From NCBI GenBank assembly GCA_965203325.1, contig OZ241875.1, forward strand, positions 2,432,001 to 2,496,000: 64,000 bases of DNA, in the 5' to 3' direction. The stretch is from a bacterium (lineage in GTDB: Bacteria > UBA8248). Shown here piece after piece: positions 22,161 through 32,478 of this stretch. The notes below the pieces were generated by a model that was not told the origin of the DNA, searched no databases, and saw only the letters and a program-made list of their open reading frames with translations. Each line of letters begins with the position of its first letter. The stretch's first letter is position 1. A program made the translations under genes and the position numbers.

Positions 22161-22604
22161 ATGAAGATTTTATCCTTCGTTGCTCTCGCGTTCGTGATGT
22201 CGCTCGCCATGGCGGCGCCCTCTCATCCGGCAGGGGATCCCAAACCCGAGATGGCCGGACAGAATTATGCGCAAGGAGAGGAGAAGGCGCGAGAAGGAAA
22301 ATGGGCGGAGGCGGCGGCTCTTTTCCGGAAGGTGATCGAAGAAGACGGGCAGCATTATAAAGCCTTCAACATGTTGGGTTATTCCTTGAGGAAGATGGGC
22401 AAGGCGAAAGAGGCCATCGCCGCCTACGACAGGGCGCTCTCCATCAAGCCCGACTATGCGCCTGCCCTGGAATACAGGGGTGTCGCCCACGTCATGGCCG
22501 GGAACAAGGCGGCCGCCCTGGCGGATTTAGGAAAACTCAAGAGCCTGGGTTCTCCCCTCGCCGAGGATCTCGAAAAGAAAATCGCGGCCATGCCGGCCAA
22601 CTGA
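22161..22604 (+). CDS. Secreted/periplasmic TPR protein
   Basis: Signal peptide, AFNMLGYSLRKMG, AYDRALSIKPDYAPALEYRG. Confidence 0.88.
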   Translation: MKILSFVALAFVMSLAMAAPSHPAGDPKPEMAGQNYAQGEEKAREGKWAEAAALFRKVIEEDGQHYKAFNMLGYSLRKMGKAKEAIAAYDRALSIKPDYAPALEYRGVAHVMAGNKAAALADLGKLKSLGSPLAEDLEKKIAAMPAN

Positions 22605-22616
22605 TTCTCTTGATCA

Positions 22617-22659
22617 TAAAAAGCCGCCCCGCAGGATGAGCCTGCAGAGCGGCTTTTTA
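22617..22659. terminator. Bidirectional terminator
   Basis: TAAAAAGCCGC...GCGGCTTTTTA between convergent genes. Confidence 0.75.
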
Positions 22660-23847
22660 TATGCGCATGAACTTCATGGGAAATTTCTGGAGGGCGCGCG
22701 CGCCGGTTTTGGTGACTTCCACAAGGTTCCCCACCTGAAGGCCACGCTTGCCGTCCGCCGTGCAGACGTTGGGCTGAATCACCATGAGCATGCCTTCGGT
22801 GAAGGTGATTTCGTTCTGGGGCCGCTTGAGGATGGTGGCGGCCACGTCGACGCGGGGGTTTTCAATGAGCAGCCCCCAGCCGTGGAAGGTGGTGTCGAAG
22901 GTGGTGAAGCCCTCCTCCTCGATGATGGCACCCGCGCGCTTGATGTCCTCGTGCGTATTGCCCGGTTTCAACGCCTCGAGTATCCGCTCGTAGGCCTCCA
23001 CGCCTACCTCGTAGAGTTTCCGGTAGATGGGCGTCGGCTCCACTCCGACGGAGATGGGCCGGTGCGCCTGGCCGGGGTGCATCTCGTAATCGGCGGATAA
23101 CTCCGTCAGCACGATGTCGCCTTTTCTGATCTTGCGGTGCGATGGGAACTGGTTCGGGAAGATCAGCTGCGGTCTCGCCATGGAGGTCGAACCCACGAAG
23201 ATGAGTTGCGGGCTTCCGCCTTTGGGCACATATGCGCCGGAGATGGTGGCGGCGAGTTCGAACTCGCTCATGCCTATCTTTGCTTTTTTATCCAGCGCCT
23301 CAAAGGCCATGTCCGTGAGCGCCGCGCCGCGCCGGAACCACTTGAGTTCCTCGCGGCTTTTGATGAGCCTCACTTCGGCGAGAATGTCCGAAGCGTCTGT
23401 AAAGCTCGCGCCCTTGAGAGCCTTGCGCCAGTGATCCACCACGCTGAACGGCATGGAGACGGGCAGGATCCCCCGAAAACCGACGAGGCCGATGGTTCCC
23501 TTGTCGAGCCCCAGTTCGCGGATGCGTCCTTCGACCTTAAGGCCCGGTTCGTAGTCTACGGCCTCTGTTTTCGCGATGATGCTCATCTTTTTGGCGTAAG
23601 GGAGATAAAGCCGGTTCGAGATGAAAAGAGCGGGCGCGCCCCTGAGCGGAAAGACGAAGAAGCTGCTCACCGGGTCCTTGTAGTTCGTGACGTATTTGAG
23701 GTTGGCCTGGTTGCCGCCCTGCATCCCCGAATCTCCGTAGAAGATGAGGACGTCGATTCCCCGCGCGCGCATCCTTTTTCTGATCTCGCGGTAGCGGCGG
23801 GCGTATTCGGTTTTCGGGTAGCGGGGAAAGTCTCTTGCAGAGGCCAT
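22657..23847 (-). CDS. M24/creatinase-like (pita-bread fold) protein with atypical metal site
   Basis: EYARRY N-domain, RLIKSREE, FHGWG. Canonical D/D/E/E ligand positions read E/Q/Q/G. Confidence 0.85.
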   Translation of the reverse strand: MASARDFPRYPKTEYARRYREIRKRMRARGIDVLIFYGDSGMQGGNQANLKYVTNYKDPVSSFFVFPLRGAPALFISNRLYLPYAKKMSIIAKTEAVDYEPGLKVEGRIRELGLDKGTIGLVGFRGILPVSMPFSVVDHWRKALKGASFTDASDILAEVRLIKSREELKWFRRGAALTDMAFEALDKKAKIGMSEFELAATISGAYVPKGGSPQLIFVGSTSMARPQLIFPNQFPSHRKIRKGDIVLTELSADYEMHPGQAHRPISVGVEPTPIYRKLYEVGVEAYERILEALKPGNTHEDIKRAGAIIEEEGFTTFDTTFHGWGLLIENPRVDVAATILKRPQNEITFTEGMLMVIQPNVCTADGKRGLQVGNLVEVTKTGARALQKFPMKFMRI

Positions 23848-23878
23848 ACGAGAGTCTCCTTCCGGGTTTGGGAGCGTC

Positions 23879-24886
23879 CTATGCTTTCAGCGCGGGCATG
23901 AGCTCGTCGGAAATGAGCCGCGCGCTCTCGAGCGCCGAGGAAGCGGGCATGCCGATCCAGTGCGTACGGATGATGAGGTGGTTCACGCCCATGTCCTTGT
24001 AGGGTTTGAGTTGCTCGTAGCAATCCTCCGGCGAACCGATGACGAAGCGGTCCTTGAGCAGATCCTCGAAGGGCTGGTCGAAGGTCTCATCCTCAGGCAG
24101 GGCCTTGTCCTGCCCCCAGCGGGCGTAGTCCTTGTATTTCTGCCCGAGATAGGGGCCGGCGAGTTCGAGCGCCGTTTTCCTGTCCTTGGCGCAGAAGACC
24201 TCCTTCATGCAGGGAAGCTCCTCAGGCATGGATTTTCCCGCCTCCGCCAGGCCTTCGCGGTAGACATCCATCTGGCGCGCGATGGTCTGCGTGGTGGCGT
24301 GGGGATTGATGAGAAGGGTATCGCCCAAGTGCGCCGCGCGCTTCACGGCCGGGTCGCTGTTCGCCGCGAACCAGATGGGCGGATGCGGCTTCTGCACGGG
24401 GCGCATGTTCATGCGCACGTCTTTCAGCGTGCAGTATTCGCTCTCGAACGAAACGGATTCTTCCGTCCACAGGCGCTTGACCAGTTCGAGGCAGTCCACG
24501 AAGCGTTTCACCCGCTCGCCCCGCCGGACGCCGAAGGCGTCGAACTCCACGTCGCGGTAGCCGAGGCCGACGCCGAACGCCATATTACCCTCGGCGATGA
24601 CGTCCATGGTGGCGACGGTCTCCGCCACGTAGACCGGGTTGTGCAGATTGATGAGCAAGACGCCGAGGCCGAGCATCATGTCGCCCGCCTCGGCCTTTAA
24701 GCGCGCGAGAAAGGGCAGGTTCTGCAGGTGCTGCACGTTCCCCTCGCTCAGGTAGTGCTGGCCGGTGAAAAAAGAATCCCAACCCTTGTCACGCGTAAGG
24801 CGAACAAGATCGATTTGAGAGTGAAAGGCTTCTACGAGATTGGCGTCCAGGTTCTGCTGCGCGGACAAAAAGATGCCGAATTTCAT
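23879..24886 (-). CDS. LLM-class flavin-dependent oxidoreductase
   Basis: MKFGIFL, HNPVYVAETVATMD, GVGLGYRDVEF, PVQKPHPPIW, AVKRAA. Confidence 0.93.
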   Translation of the reverse strand: MKFGIFLSAQQNLDANLVEAFHSQIDLVRLTRDKGWDSFFTGQHYLSEGNVQHLQNLPFLARLKAEAGDMMLGLGVLLINLHNPVYVAETVATMDVIAEGNMAFGVGLGYRDVEFDAFGVRRGERVKRFVDCLELVKRLWTEESVSFESEYCTLKDVRMNMRPVQKPHPPIWFAANSDPAVKRAAHLGDTLLINPHATTQTIARQMDVYREGLAEAGKSMPEELPCMKEVFCAKDRKTALELAGPYLGQKYKDYARWGQDKALPEDETFDQPFEDLLKDRFVIGSPEDCYEQLKPYKDMGVNHLIIRTHWIGMPASSALESARLISDELMPALKA

Positions 24887-24925
24887 GTCTGAACCTCAGA
24901 AAAAGCGGTTTACCCTTGAAGGTGC

Positions 24926-24962
24926 AAAAAAACCGCGGGGGGCGTCGAGCACCCCCCGCGGC
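24926..24962 (-). terminator. Rho-independent terminator after SBP copy 1
   Basis: CCGCGGGGGG-loop-CCCCCCGCGG followed by a T-run on the minus strand. Confidence 0.85.
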
Positions 24963-24984
24963 GTGATGCAGCGAAAACGCCCGC

Positions 24985-26514
24985 CTAGTTCATGCCGAGC
25001 ACTTCGATCTCCCAGGGGAGAAGCGTCTCGTCGTGGCGCGGGGTCCACCTGAGGTTCGCCCGGTGGCCGAGCACGTCGTGGATCTTCACGACGATCTTGT
25101 GCGTGGCCAGCGCTTTCATCTTGTCGGTCACGGCCTCGAACGCCATTTGCTGTTTTTTCTCGTCTACAGTGGCGTTGGCCTTGTCGATCAGAGCGTCCAG
25201 CTCCTTGAAGCACATGCCGCTCCAAGCACCTTTGCAGCTCGACGTTCCGCGAAGCACGCCGGAGGAATCACCTCCACCGTTACCGAAGCCCATGTAGTAG
25301 GCGGCGGCGCCCTTCTTCTTGCCGGCCTTGTAGGCGCGGTGGAGCTTCTTGAAGAGCGGGAAGCGCTGGGAGTTGCACGTGGCGTTTACGCCGACTTTCT
25401 TGACCATCCCGGCGATGGCCTCACACGTGGCCTTGTCGCCCGGGTAGCGGCCGTTCGTGGCGACGATTTCCATCTTGAAGCCCTTTTCGTGGCCGGCTTC
25501 CTTCAAGAGGGCCTTCGCCTTGGCCGGGTCGTAGCCGTACCATTTCTTCTTGGGGTTGTAGCCCGAGTAGTTCCAGGGATGGAGCATCTGGCCGAAGAGG
25601 TCGGCGCGCCCGCCCAGGATGGTCGTGCGAATGGCTTCGGCGTCGATGGCGTAGTTGATCGCCTGACGCACCTTCACGTTGGCCATCGGGCCGCCGTGTC
25701 TCGTGAAGAATCCCATGTGCATGATGCGCACGGCGGGGACGACGGCGACTGCCGTTTTCGGGTTTTTCTCGAGCTGGGGGATAAACTGCGGCATGATGCC
25801 CCAGGCCACGTCGATCTCGCCCGCCTGCAGCGCCTTGGCGCGCGTGGCGCTCTCGCGGATGCGGCGGAGGACGATTCGCTGCGGCCGTTTCGGGAAATTC
25901 TTGTTGTTCCACCAGTTCGGGTTCGCGTCGAACACCATCTTCTGGCCCTTGGTCCAGGACTTGAGGACGTAGGGACCCGTGCCGTAGGTGTTGCGCGAGA
26001 TGTGGGCGAGTTCCATGCCCTTGGTCTTGAGGCTGATGGAGCCGGCCCAGCGGGTCAGGCGGTTCCACATACCGCTGTCGGGCTGTTTGTTGTGGTAGAT
26101 GAAGGTGTTGTCGTCGAGAATTTCGATTTTATCGAAGTTCTTGAAGTAAGTTCTCTGGCGCGCGGATTTCAAGACACGGGTCATCGTGTACTTGAAGTTT
26201 TCCGCCGTCAGGCGTGTGCCGTCCGAGAACTTGACGCCCTTCCTCAGATGGAACTTCGCGCTCTTGGGGGTTACTTTCACCCACTTCGTGGCGAGCCAGG
26301 GCTTTTTCGCGCCCGTTCCGGTCTCGGCGTGAATAAGGGTGTCATAGCTCCAACGCCAGACCATCGCGCCGATGAAGTTCGAGACGCGGTGCGGGTCCAT
26401 CGTCGGGGGTTCGCCCGTCAGGGCGATGGTGACGGTGCTTTTCGCGTCAGCCGTCACGGGTGCGCCCATCGCCAGAACCGCGAAGACGGCCAGGATTACG
26501 AGAAACTTCCGCAT
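24985..26514 (-). CDS. Family-5 ABC substrate-binding protein, copy 1
   Basis: GGAGGA RBS, signal peptide, LRKGVKFSDG, GTGPY, VRQAINYAID. Confidence 0.95.
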   Translation of the reverse strand: MRKFLVILAVFAVLAMGAPVTADAKSTVTIALTGEPPTMDPHRVSNFIGAMVWRWSYDTLIHAETGTGAKKPWLATKWVKVTPKSAKFHLRKGVKFSDGTRLTAENFKYTMTRVLKSARQRTYFKNFDKIEILDDNTFIYHNKQPDSGMWNRLTRWAGSISLKTKGMELAHISRNTYGTGPYVLKSWTKGQKMVFDANPNWWNNKNFPKRPQRIVLRRIRESATRAKALQAGEIDVAWGIMPQFIPQLEKNPKTAVAVVPAVRIMHMGFFTRHGGPMANVKVRQAINYAIDAEAIRTTILGGRADLFGQMLHPWNYSGYNPKKKWYGYDPAKAKALLKEAGHEKGFKMEIVATNGRYPGDKATCEAIAGMVKKVGVNATCNSQRFPLFKKLHRAYKAGKKKGAAAYYMGFGNGGGDSSGVLRGTSSCKGAWSGMCFKELDALIDKANATVDEKKQQMAFEAVTDKMKALATHKIVVKIHDVLGHRANLRWTPRHDETLLPWEIEVLGMN

Positions 26515-26842
26515 AGGTTTTCCTCCTTTAGGGGGACAGGTTGCAATACCCGCCCCGGTGAAGAACAAATACACCTTTTTGGTTCCTTGAGAGAGTTACG
26601 TCACTTTTTCCCTTTTGTTGTATATCAAAAATCTATCACGGATGAGAATAAAACGTCAAAACAGGAAAACGACTTATCTCCGCCCGGATTCCTGGTGAAC
26701 GCGGGGTGTAAGTAGTGAAAGCCGGGATATGGTGCATGTCCCCCGCAACGCGAAATGTATGAATGCGTCCAATGCTTCAACGAGAAGGAGGCTTCTTGGT
26801 GGAGAACGTAATGGGCTCGTGGCTTCGGAATTTCGGGGAGCG

Positions 26843-26890
26843 CTATCTTGGCCGCAGTTGTTGAGCGGGCAAAAAAATGCCGAATTTCAT
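26843..26890 (-). pseudogene. 5' stub of a duplicated LLM oxidoreductase gene
   Basis: MKFGIFLPAQQLRPR* versus MKFGIFLSAQQNL in the intact gene; same GAGG RBS and same position after the terminator. Confidence 0.7.
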
Positions 26891-26928
26891 GGTTGAACCT
26901 CGAAGATGAGCGGTTAATTCGTGAAGGT

Positions 26929-26963
26929 AAAAAAAACCGCGGGGGCGTCGAGCACCCCCGCGG
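26929..26963 (-). terminator. Rho-independent terminator after SBP copy 2
   Basis: Near-identical to the 24926-24962 hairpin, with a T-run. Confidence 0.85.
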
Positions 26964-26986
26964 CGTGATGCAGCGAAAATGCCCGC

Positions 26987-28516
26987 TTAGTTCATGCCGA
27001 GCACTCCGATCTCCCAGGGGAGAAGCGTCTCGTCGTGGCGCGGGATCCATTTCAGGTTCGAACCATGGCCGAGCACGTCGTGGATTTTCACGACGATCTT
27101 GTGCGTGACCAGTTTTTTCATCAAGTCGGTTACGCCTTCGAACGCCATCTGCTGTTTTTTCGGGTCGACGGTAGCCGTGGCCGCATCGATCGCCTTATCC
27201 AGCTCCGGGTAGCACATGCCGCTCCAGGGGCCCTTGCAGCTCGACGTTCCGCGAAGCACGGAAGTGGAGTCGCCCTGGCCGTTGCCGAAGCCCATGTAAT
27301 AGGCGGCGGCGCCCTTTTTCTTGCCGGCCTTGTAGGCGCGGTGTAGCTTCTTGAAGAGCGGGAAGCGCTGGGAGTTACACGTGGCGTTCACGCCGACTTT
27401 CTTGACCATCCCGGCGATGGCCTCACACGTGGCCTTGTCGCCCGGGTAGCGGCCGTTCGTGGCGATGACTTCCATCTTGAAGCCCTTTTCGTAGCCGGCT
27501 TCCTTCAAGAGGGCCTTCGCCTTGGCCGGGTCGTAGCCATACCACTTTTTCTTGGGGTTGTAGCCCGAGTAGTTCCAGGGGTGGAGCATCTGACCGAACA
27601 GGTCCGCGCGTCCGCCCAGGATGGTCGTGCGAATCGCTTCGGCGTCGATGGCGTAGTTGATCGCCTGGCGCACCTTGACGTTGGCCATCGGGCCGCCGTG
27701 TCTCGTGAAGAATCCCATGTGCATGATGCGCACGGCGGGGACGACGGCGACTTTTGTCTTCGGGTTTTTCTCGAGCTGGGGGATGAACTGCGGCATGATG
27801 CCCCAGGCCACGTCGATCTCGCCCGCCTGAAGCGCCTTGGCGCGCGTGGCGCTCTCGCGGATGCGGCGGAGGACGATGCGTTGCGGCCTTTTGGGGAAGT
27901 TCTTGTTGTTCCACCAGTTCGGGTTCGCGTCGAACACCATCTTCTGGCCCTTGGTCCAGGATTTGAGGACATAGGGACCCGTGCCGTAGGTGTTGCGCGA
28001 GATGTGGGCGAGTTCCATGCCCTTGGTTTTCAGGCTGATGGGGCCGGCCCAGCGGGTCAGGCGGTTCCACATGCCGCCATCGGGTTCTCTGTTGTGATAG
28101 ATGAAGGTATGGTCGTCGACGACTTCTATTTTATCGATGTTTTTGAAGTATTGCCTTTGCCGCGCGGACTTCATGATGCGGCTGATGGTGTACTTGAAGC
28201 TCTCCGCCGTGAAGGGTGAGCCGTCCGAGAACTTGACGCCTTTTCTCAGTTGGAACTTCCACTTCAGGGGGCCGAGTTGGGTCCACTTGGTGGCGAGCCA
28301 TGGCTTTTTCTCGCCCGTTCCGGTCTCGGCGTGAAGAAGGGTATCGTAGCTCCAACGCCAGACCATCGCGCCGACGAAGTTCGAGACGCGGTGCGGGTCC
28401 ATTGTCGGTGGTTCGCCCGAGAGGGCGATGGTGACGGTGCTTTTCGCGTCAGCCGTCACGGGCGCGCCCATCGCCAGAATGGCGAAGACGGCCAGGATTA
28501 CGAGAAACTTCCGCAT
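26987..28516 (-). CDS. Family-5 ABC substrate-binding protein, copy 2
   Basis: Same length (509 aa) and largely identical to 24985-26514. Confidence 0.95.
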   Translation of the reverse strand: MRKFLVILAVFAILAMGAPVTADAKSTVTIALSGEPPTMDPHRVSNFVGAMVWRWSYDTLLHAETGTGEKKPWLATKWTQLGPLKWKFQLRKGVKFSDGSPFTAESFKYTISRIMKSARQRQYFKNIDKIEVVDDHTFIYHNREPDGGMWNRLTRWAGPISLKTKGMELAHISRNTYGTGPYVLKSWTKGQKMVFDANPNWWNNKNFPKRPQRIVLRRIRESATRAKALQAGEIDVAWGIMPQFIPQLEKNPKTKVAVVPAVRIMHMGFFTRHGGPMANVKVRQAINYAIDAEAIRTTILGGRADLFGQMLHPWNYSGYNPKKKWYGYDPAKAKALLKEAGYEKGFKMEVIATNGRYPGDKATCEAIAGMVKKVGVNATCNSQRFPLFKKLHRAYKAGKKKGAAAYYMGFGNGQGDSTSVLRGTSSCKGPWSGMCYPELDKAIDAATATVDPKKQQMAFEGVTDLMKKLVTHKIVVKIHDVLGHGSNLKWIPRHDETLLPWEIGVLGMN

Positions 28517-28781
28517 AGGTTTTCCTCCTTTAAGGAATAGAGCAGGTCATAAAACCTGCTCCGGTGAAGATGAAAACACCTCTTGAATTTCTGAGAGTGT
28601 CAAGTAGTTTGTCTGCCCTTGTATTTGAGAAAATTATCACGGATGCGAATCAAGGGTCAAAGCTCGGGGCGGTTGATCCGCCACAAAGTTTCCTTGTGAA
28701 CGCGCAAGCGTTGCGTGTATGTTCTCCGCATCGCAAAACGACTTGCTATGTGAATGGATTCAACCTGGGAGGAGACTTTTC

Positions 28782-29954
28782 ATGTCGGAGAACATCATCG
28801 GTTCGTGGTTTCGATATTTCCCGGAGCACTATCTCTGGTCGCAGTTGATGAGCGGGCAGATCAACATCGCCGCGATGGGGGGATCGAACTTTCACGAAAT
28901 CGATCAGATCGGAAAACGCCTGAGCGGACGGGCGGGCGACGCCGAAGCCTGGCACGATGCCTGGTCCTGGATGTCTGACAAGACGCTCGCCCGCGCGGAG
29001 GATGAGGAGCGAAAGGGCCACACGCGCACCGCCATGGCGGCCTACGTGCGGAGCGCAATTTACCGCTACGCGAGCGAGCGCTTCGTCCACCCCGACGATC
29101 CGAGAAAATCCGAATCCTATAGAAAACTCCTGCCCCACTACGAGAAGGGGATGAAATACCGCGTGCCCGGGTTCGAGCGCGCCGACGTTCCCTACGAGGA
29201 AGGCCCCCTGGCGGCATACCTCCTTCCGCCCAAAAACCCGACGGGCAACGATCCTTACGTCGCATTCTTCGACGGGCTGGACGGCTCCAAGGAGATTACC
29301 GTTCTGTGGGGCGCGCTTGCTTTGATAGAGCGAGGCGTCGGGGTGCTCTGCGTGGACGGACCGGGACAGGGCGAGACGCTCAGGCTCGGGAAGATACCTA
29401 GCCGCCCGGATTACGAGGTGGCGGGAACTGCTGCGTTCGATTTTCTGGATGCGCGACCCGAGGTGGATTCTGGGCGGATCGGATTGATGGCCATGAGCAT
29501 GGGCGGCTACTACGCCCCGCGCATCGCCGCCTTCGAGCACCGCTACGCGGCGTGCCTCACCTGGGGGGCGCATTTCGATTACCACGAGGTCTGGGTGCAC
29601 AGGAGACAAGTGCTCGAAAGCGGCGGCACCATCTCCTCCTCGGCCATCTGGCAACTGCCCTGGGTGCTCGGGACGCCGGACATGGATTCCGCGATGGAAA
29701 AATGCAGGGCGTATACCCTGGCGGGCGTCGCCGAGAAGATACGCATGCCCATCTGCATCACACACGGGCAGGACGACAACATCGTGCCGGTCGAGATGGC
29801 CCACAGGCTCTATGAGGCTTGCGGCTCCGAGGAGAAGGAGCTCAAGATTTTCACCGTCGAGGACGGCGGCAGCCAGCACTGCGTGTTCGACAACCTGCCG
29901 ATGTGCGGTGAGTGGATTGCGGACTGGTGGATGGACAGGTTCGGTACGGCGTAG
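28782..29954 (+). CDS. Alpha/beta hydrolase (2,6-dihydroxypseudooxynicotine hydrolase/FrsA-like)
   Basis: FDGLDGSKE, DGPGQGE, AMSMGGYYAPR nucleophile elbow, GQDD, GSQHC. Confidence 0.88.
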   Translation: MSENIIGSWFRYFPEHYLWSQLMSGQINIAAMGGSNFHEIDQIGKRLSGRAGDAEAWHDAWSWMSDKTLARAEDEERKGHTRTAMAAYVRSAIYRYASERFVHPDDPRKSESYRKLLPHYEKGMKYRVPGFERADVPYEEGPLAAYLLPPKNPTGNDPYVAFFDGLDGSKEITVLWGALALIERGVGVLCVDGPGQGETLRLGKIPSRPDYEVAGTAAFDFLDARPEVDSGRIGLMAMSMGGYYAPRIAAFEHRYAACLTWGAHFDYHEVWVHRRQVLESGGTISSSAIWQLPWVLGTPDMDSAMEKCRAYTLAGVAEKIRMPICITHGQDDNIVPVEMAHRLYEACGSEEKELKIFTVEDGGSQHCVFDNLPMCGEWIADWWMDRFGTA

Positions 29955-30027
29955 GACTGCTTTTTCGGGCGGGGGTTTCCTGATTCGGAGACCTCCGCCT
30001 TTATCTTGTTCCCATAAGGAGAAGAAA

Positions 30028-30435
30028 ATGGCGGAAGAAACCAGAGAGGAAAAGGTAAAGCGGATTACGGAGAAGATTCATGGCGACCGGGGGTTCGTGT
30101 ACGACGTGCTCGGCTTCGGCGCGCAGTTGGACCCGGATTATTTCGAGATCTACTCGCAGATGCACTGGGGGTTTTTCAAGGAAGAGCCGCGGCATCTGGA
30201 ACCCAAGACGCGCGAACTCATCGAAATCGGCCTGCTCGCCTTCAAGGGCATGAAGCACGAGGTCTACACCCACACGAAAAAGGCCTTGCGCCTGGGCGCG
30301 ACGATGGAAGAGGCGCTCGAGGCGTTCGAGGTGGCGAGCATCGGCGGCGGCGCGCCCGTGCTGATGGAGGGCCTCTACGCGCTCAAGCGCATCGCCGACG
30401 AGCAGGCCGAAGAGGAAAAAGCGAAATCCGGCTGA
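30028..30435 (+). CDS. Carboxymuconolactone decarboxylase/AhpD-like protein
   Basis: LEPKTRELI..HTKKALRLGATMEEALEA; AAGGAG RBS. Confidence 0.85.
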   Translation: MAEETREEKVKRITEKIHGDRGFVYDVLGFGAQLDPDYFEIYSQMHWGFFKEEPRHLEPKTRELIEIGLLAFKGMKHEVYTHTKKALRLGATMEEALEAFEVASIGGGAPVLMEGLYALKRIADEQAEEEKAKSG

Positions 30436-30520
30436 GTGTTGGCCTCAGGCGGCGATTTGTGAGAATCTTGGGCCTTCCGATGCGAAAAATCTCATTCTCC
30501 CACTCGAAGGAGAACACCTT

Positions 30521-31489
30521 TTGTCTGAAGAAAAAGCGCCTTTGAGCGATGAGCGCAAGCAGGCGATGTACCGCGACATGCTGCGCATACGCCGCTTCGA
30601 AGAGACGGCGTTCGAGTTGTTCGAGCAAGGCGAGGTCGTGGGCGGCATCCACGTGAGCATCGGCCAGGAGGGCTGCTCGGTCGGTGCTTGCAGCACGCTC
30701 CGGGATGACGATGCGATTCTCACCACCCACCGGGGCCACGGCCATTCCATCGCCAAGGGAACGCGCCTGCCCGAGATGATGGCGGAACTCCTGGGCAAGG
30801 CAACCGGGCTTTGCCATGCCAAGGGCGGCTCCATGCACATCGCCGACGTGTCGAAGGGACACTACGGGGCGCACTCCATCGTGGGTTCGAACATGCCCAT
30901 GGGGGTGGGCATCGGCCTCGCATTTCATTTCGAGGGCAAGGGCCAGGTGGCGGTCGTCTTTTTCGGTGACGGTGCGGCGAACGAGGGCAGCTTCCATGAG
31001 TCGATGAACCTGGCCGCGATATGGAAGCTCCCCGTCATCTTCTTTTGCGAGAACAACCATTTCGCCTCGAGCACCCGGGTGGGCTACGCCACTTCGGTGG
31101 CGGACATCAGCGCGCGGGCGGCGGGATACGACATGCCCGGCGTGACGGTGGACGGCATGGACGTGCTGGCGGTCCACGAGGTGATGGCCGAGGCCGTGGG
31201 CCGCGCGAGAACGGGTCTGGGACCCAGCCTGATCGAAGCGAAGACATACCGCTATTTCGGTCATTCGAGAAAAGACCCCCAGTTCGGACCGTACCGGACA
31301 GAAGAAGAGTGGAACGAGTGGAAGGCGAAAGACCCCCTCCTCGTGGCGGAGGGGATACTCGGCGTGAGTGAGGCGCAGAAAAGAACGCATGGGGAAGCGG
31401 TGGAGAACGAGTTGCGGGATGCGCTCGCCTTCGCGCGGCAAAGCCCTGAGCCTAAGCCCGAAGAAGTGTATGAGGATCTCTATGCCTGA
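30521..31489 (+). CDS. TPP-dependent dehydrogenase E1 alpha (AcoA/PdhA-like), copy 1
   Basis: GQEG, THRGHGH, GGSMH, GDGA...ENN TPP motif, TYRYFGHS. Confidence 0.93.
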   Translation: MSEEKAPLSDERKQAMYRDMLRIRRFEETAFELFEQGEVVGGIHVSIGQEGCSVGACSTLRDDDAILTTHRGHGHSIAKGTRLPEMMAELLGKATGLCHAKGGSMHIADVSKGHYGAHSIVGSNMPMGVGIGLAFHFEGKGQVAVVFFGDGAANEGSFHESMNLAAIWKLPVIFFCENNHFASSTRVGYATSVADISARAAGYDMPGVTVDGMDVLAVHEVMAEAVGRARTGLGPSLIEAKTYRYFGHSRKDPQFGPYRTEEEWNEWKAKDPLLVAEGILGVSEAQKRTHGEAVENELRDALAFARQSPEPKPEEVYEDLYA

Positions 31490-32468
31490 GGTGAAGACGC
31501 GCACCATTTCGTATGCGGCGGCGATCAACGAGGCGCTCCACGAGGAGATGGCGCGCGATGAGAAGGTGTTCCTGATGGGCGAGGACGTCGCGCTCTCCGC
31601 CATCTCGCCCGCCACGGCGGGTCTGGGCGACAGGTTCGGCCCCGAGCGGGTGCGCAACACGCCCATCAGCGAACTCGGTTTCACCGGAGCGGCCGTAGGC
31701 GCCGCGATGGCGGGCTACCGGCCCGTGCTCGACATGCGGCGCATCGATTTCATGATGCTGGCCATCGACCCCATCGCGAACCAGGCGGCCAAGCTGCGCT
31801 ACATGCTCGGCGGGCAGGTGAGCGTGCCCCTGGTAATCCGTGCGCCCGAGGGCGGCTACTCCCAGAACGGCCCCACGCACAGCCAGTGCCTCGAGGCCTG
31901 GTTCATCCAGGTGCCGGGCCTGCGCGTCATCGTGCCGAGCGACCCCGCCGATGTGAAGGGGCTTCTGAAATCCGCCATCAGGGAAGACAATCCGGTCCTG
32001 TTCGTGGAGTACCGCTCACTTTACTCTCTGGAAGGCCCCGTTCCCGAAGGTGACCACACCGAGCCCATCGGGAAGGCGGCGGTGAAAAGAGAAGGGAGCG
32101 ACATCACCCTCATCGGGATCGGAAGCCAGGCGCGTAGTTGTCTGGAAGCCGCGGAGTTGCTCTCTGGGGAGGGGGTCGACGCCGAGGTGGTGGACCCCAG
32201 GACCATCAATCCCCTGGACGTGGAGGGGCTCGCGGCCTCTGTCCGAAAAACGGGCCGATGCGTCATCGCCGAAGAAGGGCACAAAAGCGGCGGCGTGGGC
32301 GCCGAGATAGCCGCATCGGTTCAGGAGGCGGCCTTCGGCGCGCTCAGGGCGCCTATCGTCCGCGTGGCGGCCCTCGACGTACCCGTGCCCGTTCACACGA
32401 AACTCGAAGCCATCGTCCTGCCCAGCACGGAGAAGATCGTGGCGGCGGTGAAGAAGCTGCTTGCATAG
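31482..32468 (+). CDS. TPP-dependent dehydrogenase E1 beta, copy 1
   Basis: MGEDV, NTPISE, HSQCLEAW, AIREDNPV. Confidence 0.93.
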   Translation: MPEVKTRTISYAAAINEALHEEMARDEKVFLMGEDVALSAISPATAGLGDRFGPERVRNTPISELGFTGAAVGAAMAGYRPVLDMRRIDFMMLAIDPIANQAAKLRYMLGGQVSVPLVIRAPEGGYSQNGPTHSQCLEAWFIQVPGLRVIVPSDPADVKGLLKSAIREDNPVLFVEYRSLYSLEGPVPEGDHTEPIGKAAVKREGSDITLIGIGSQARSCLEAAELLSGEGVDAEVVDPRTINPLDVEGLAASVRKTGRCVIAEEGHKSGGVGAEIAASVQEAAFGALRAPIVRVAALDVPVPVHTKLEAIVLPSTEKIVAAVKKLLA

Positions 32469-32478
32469 AGGACCTGTC

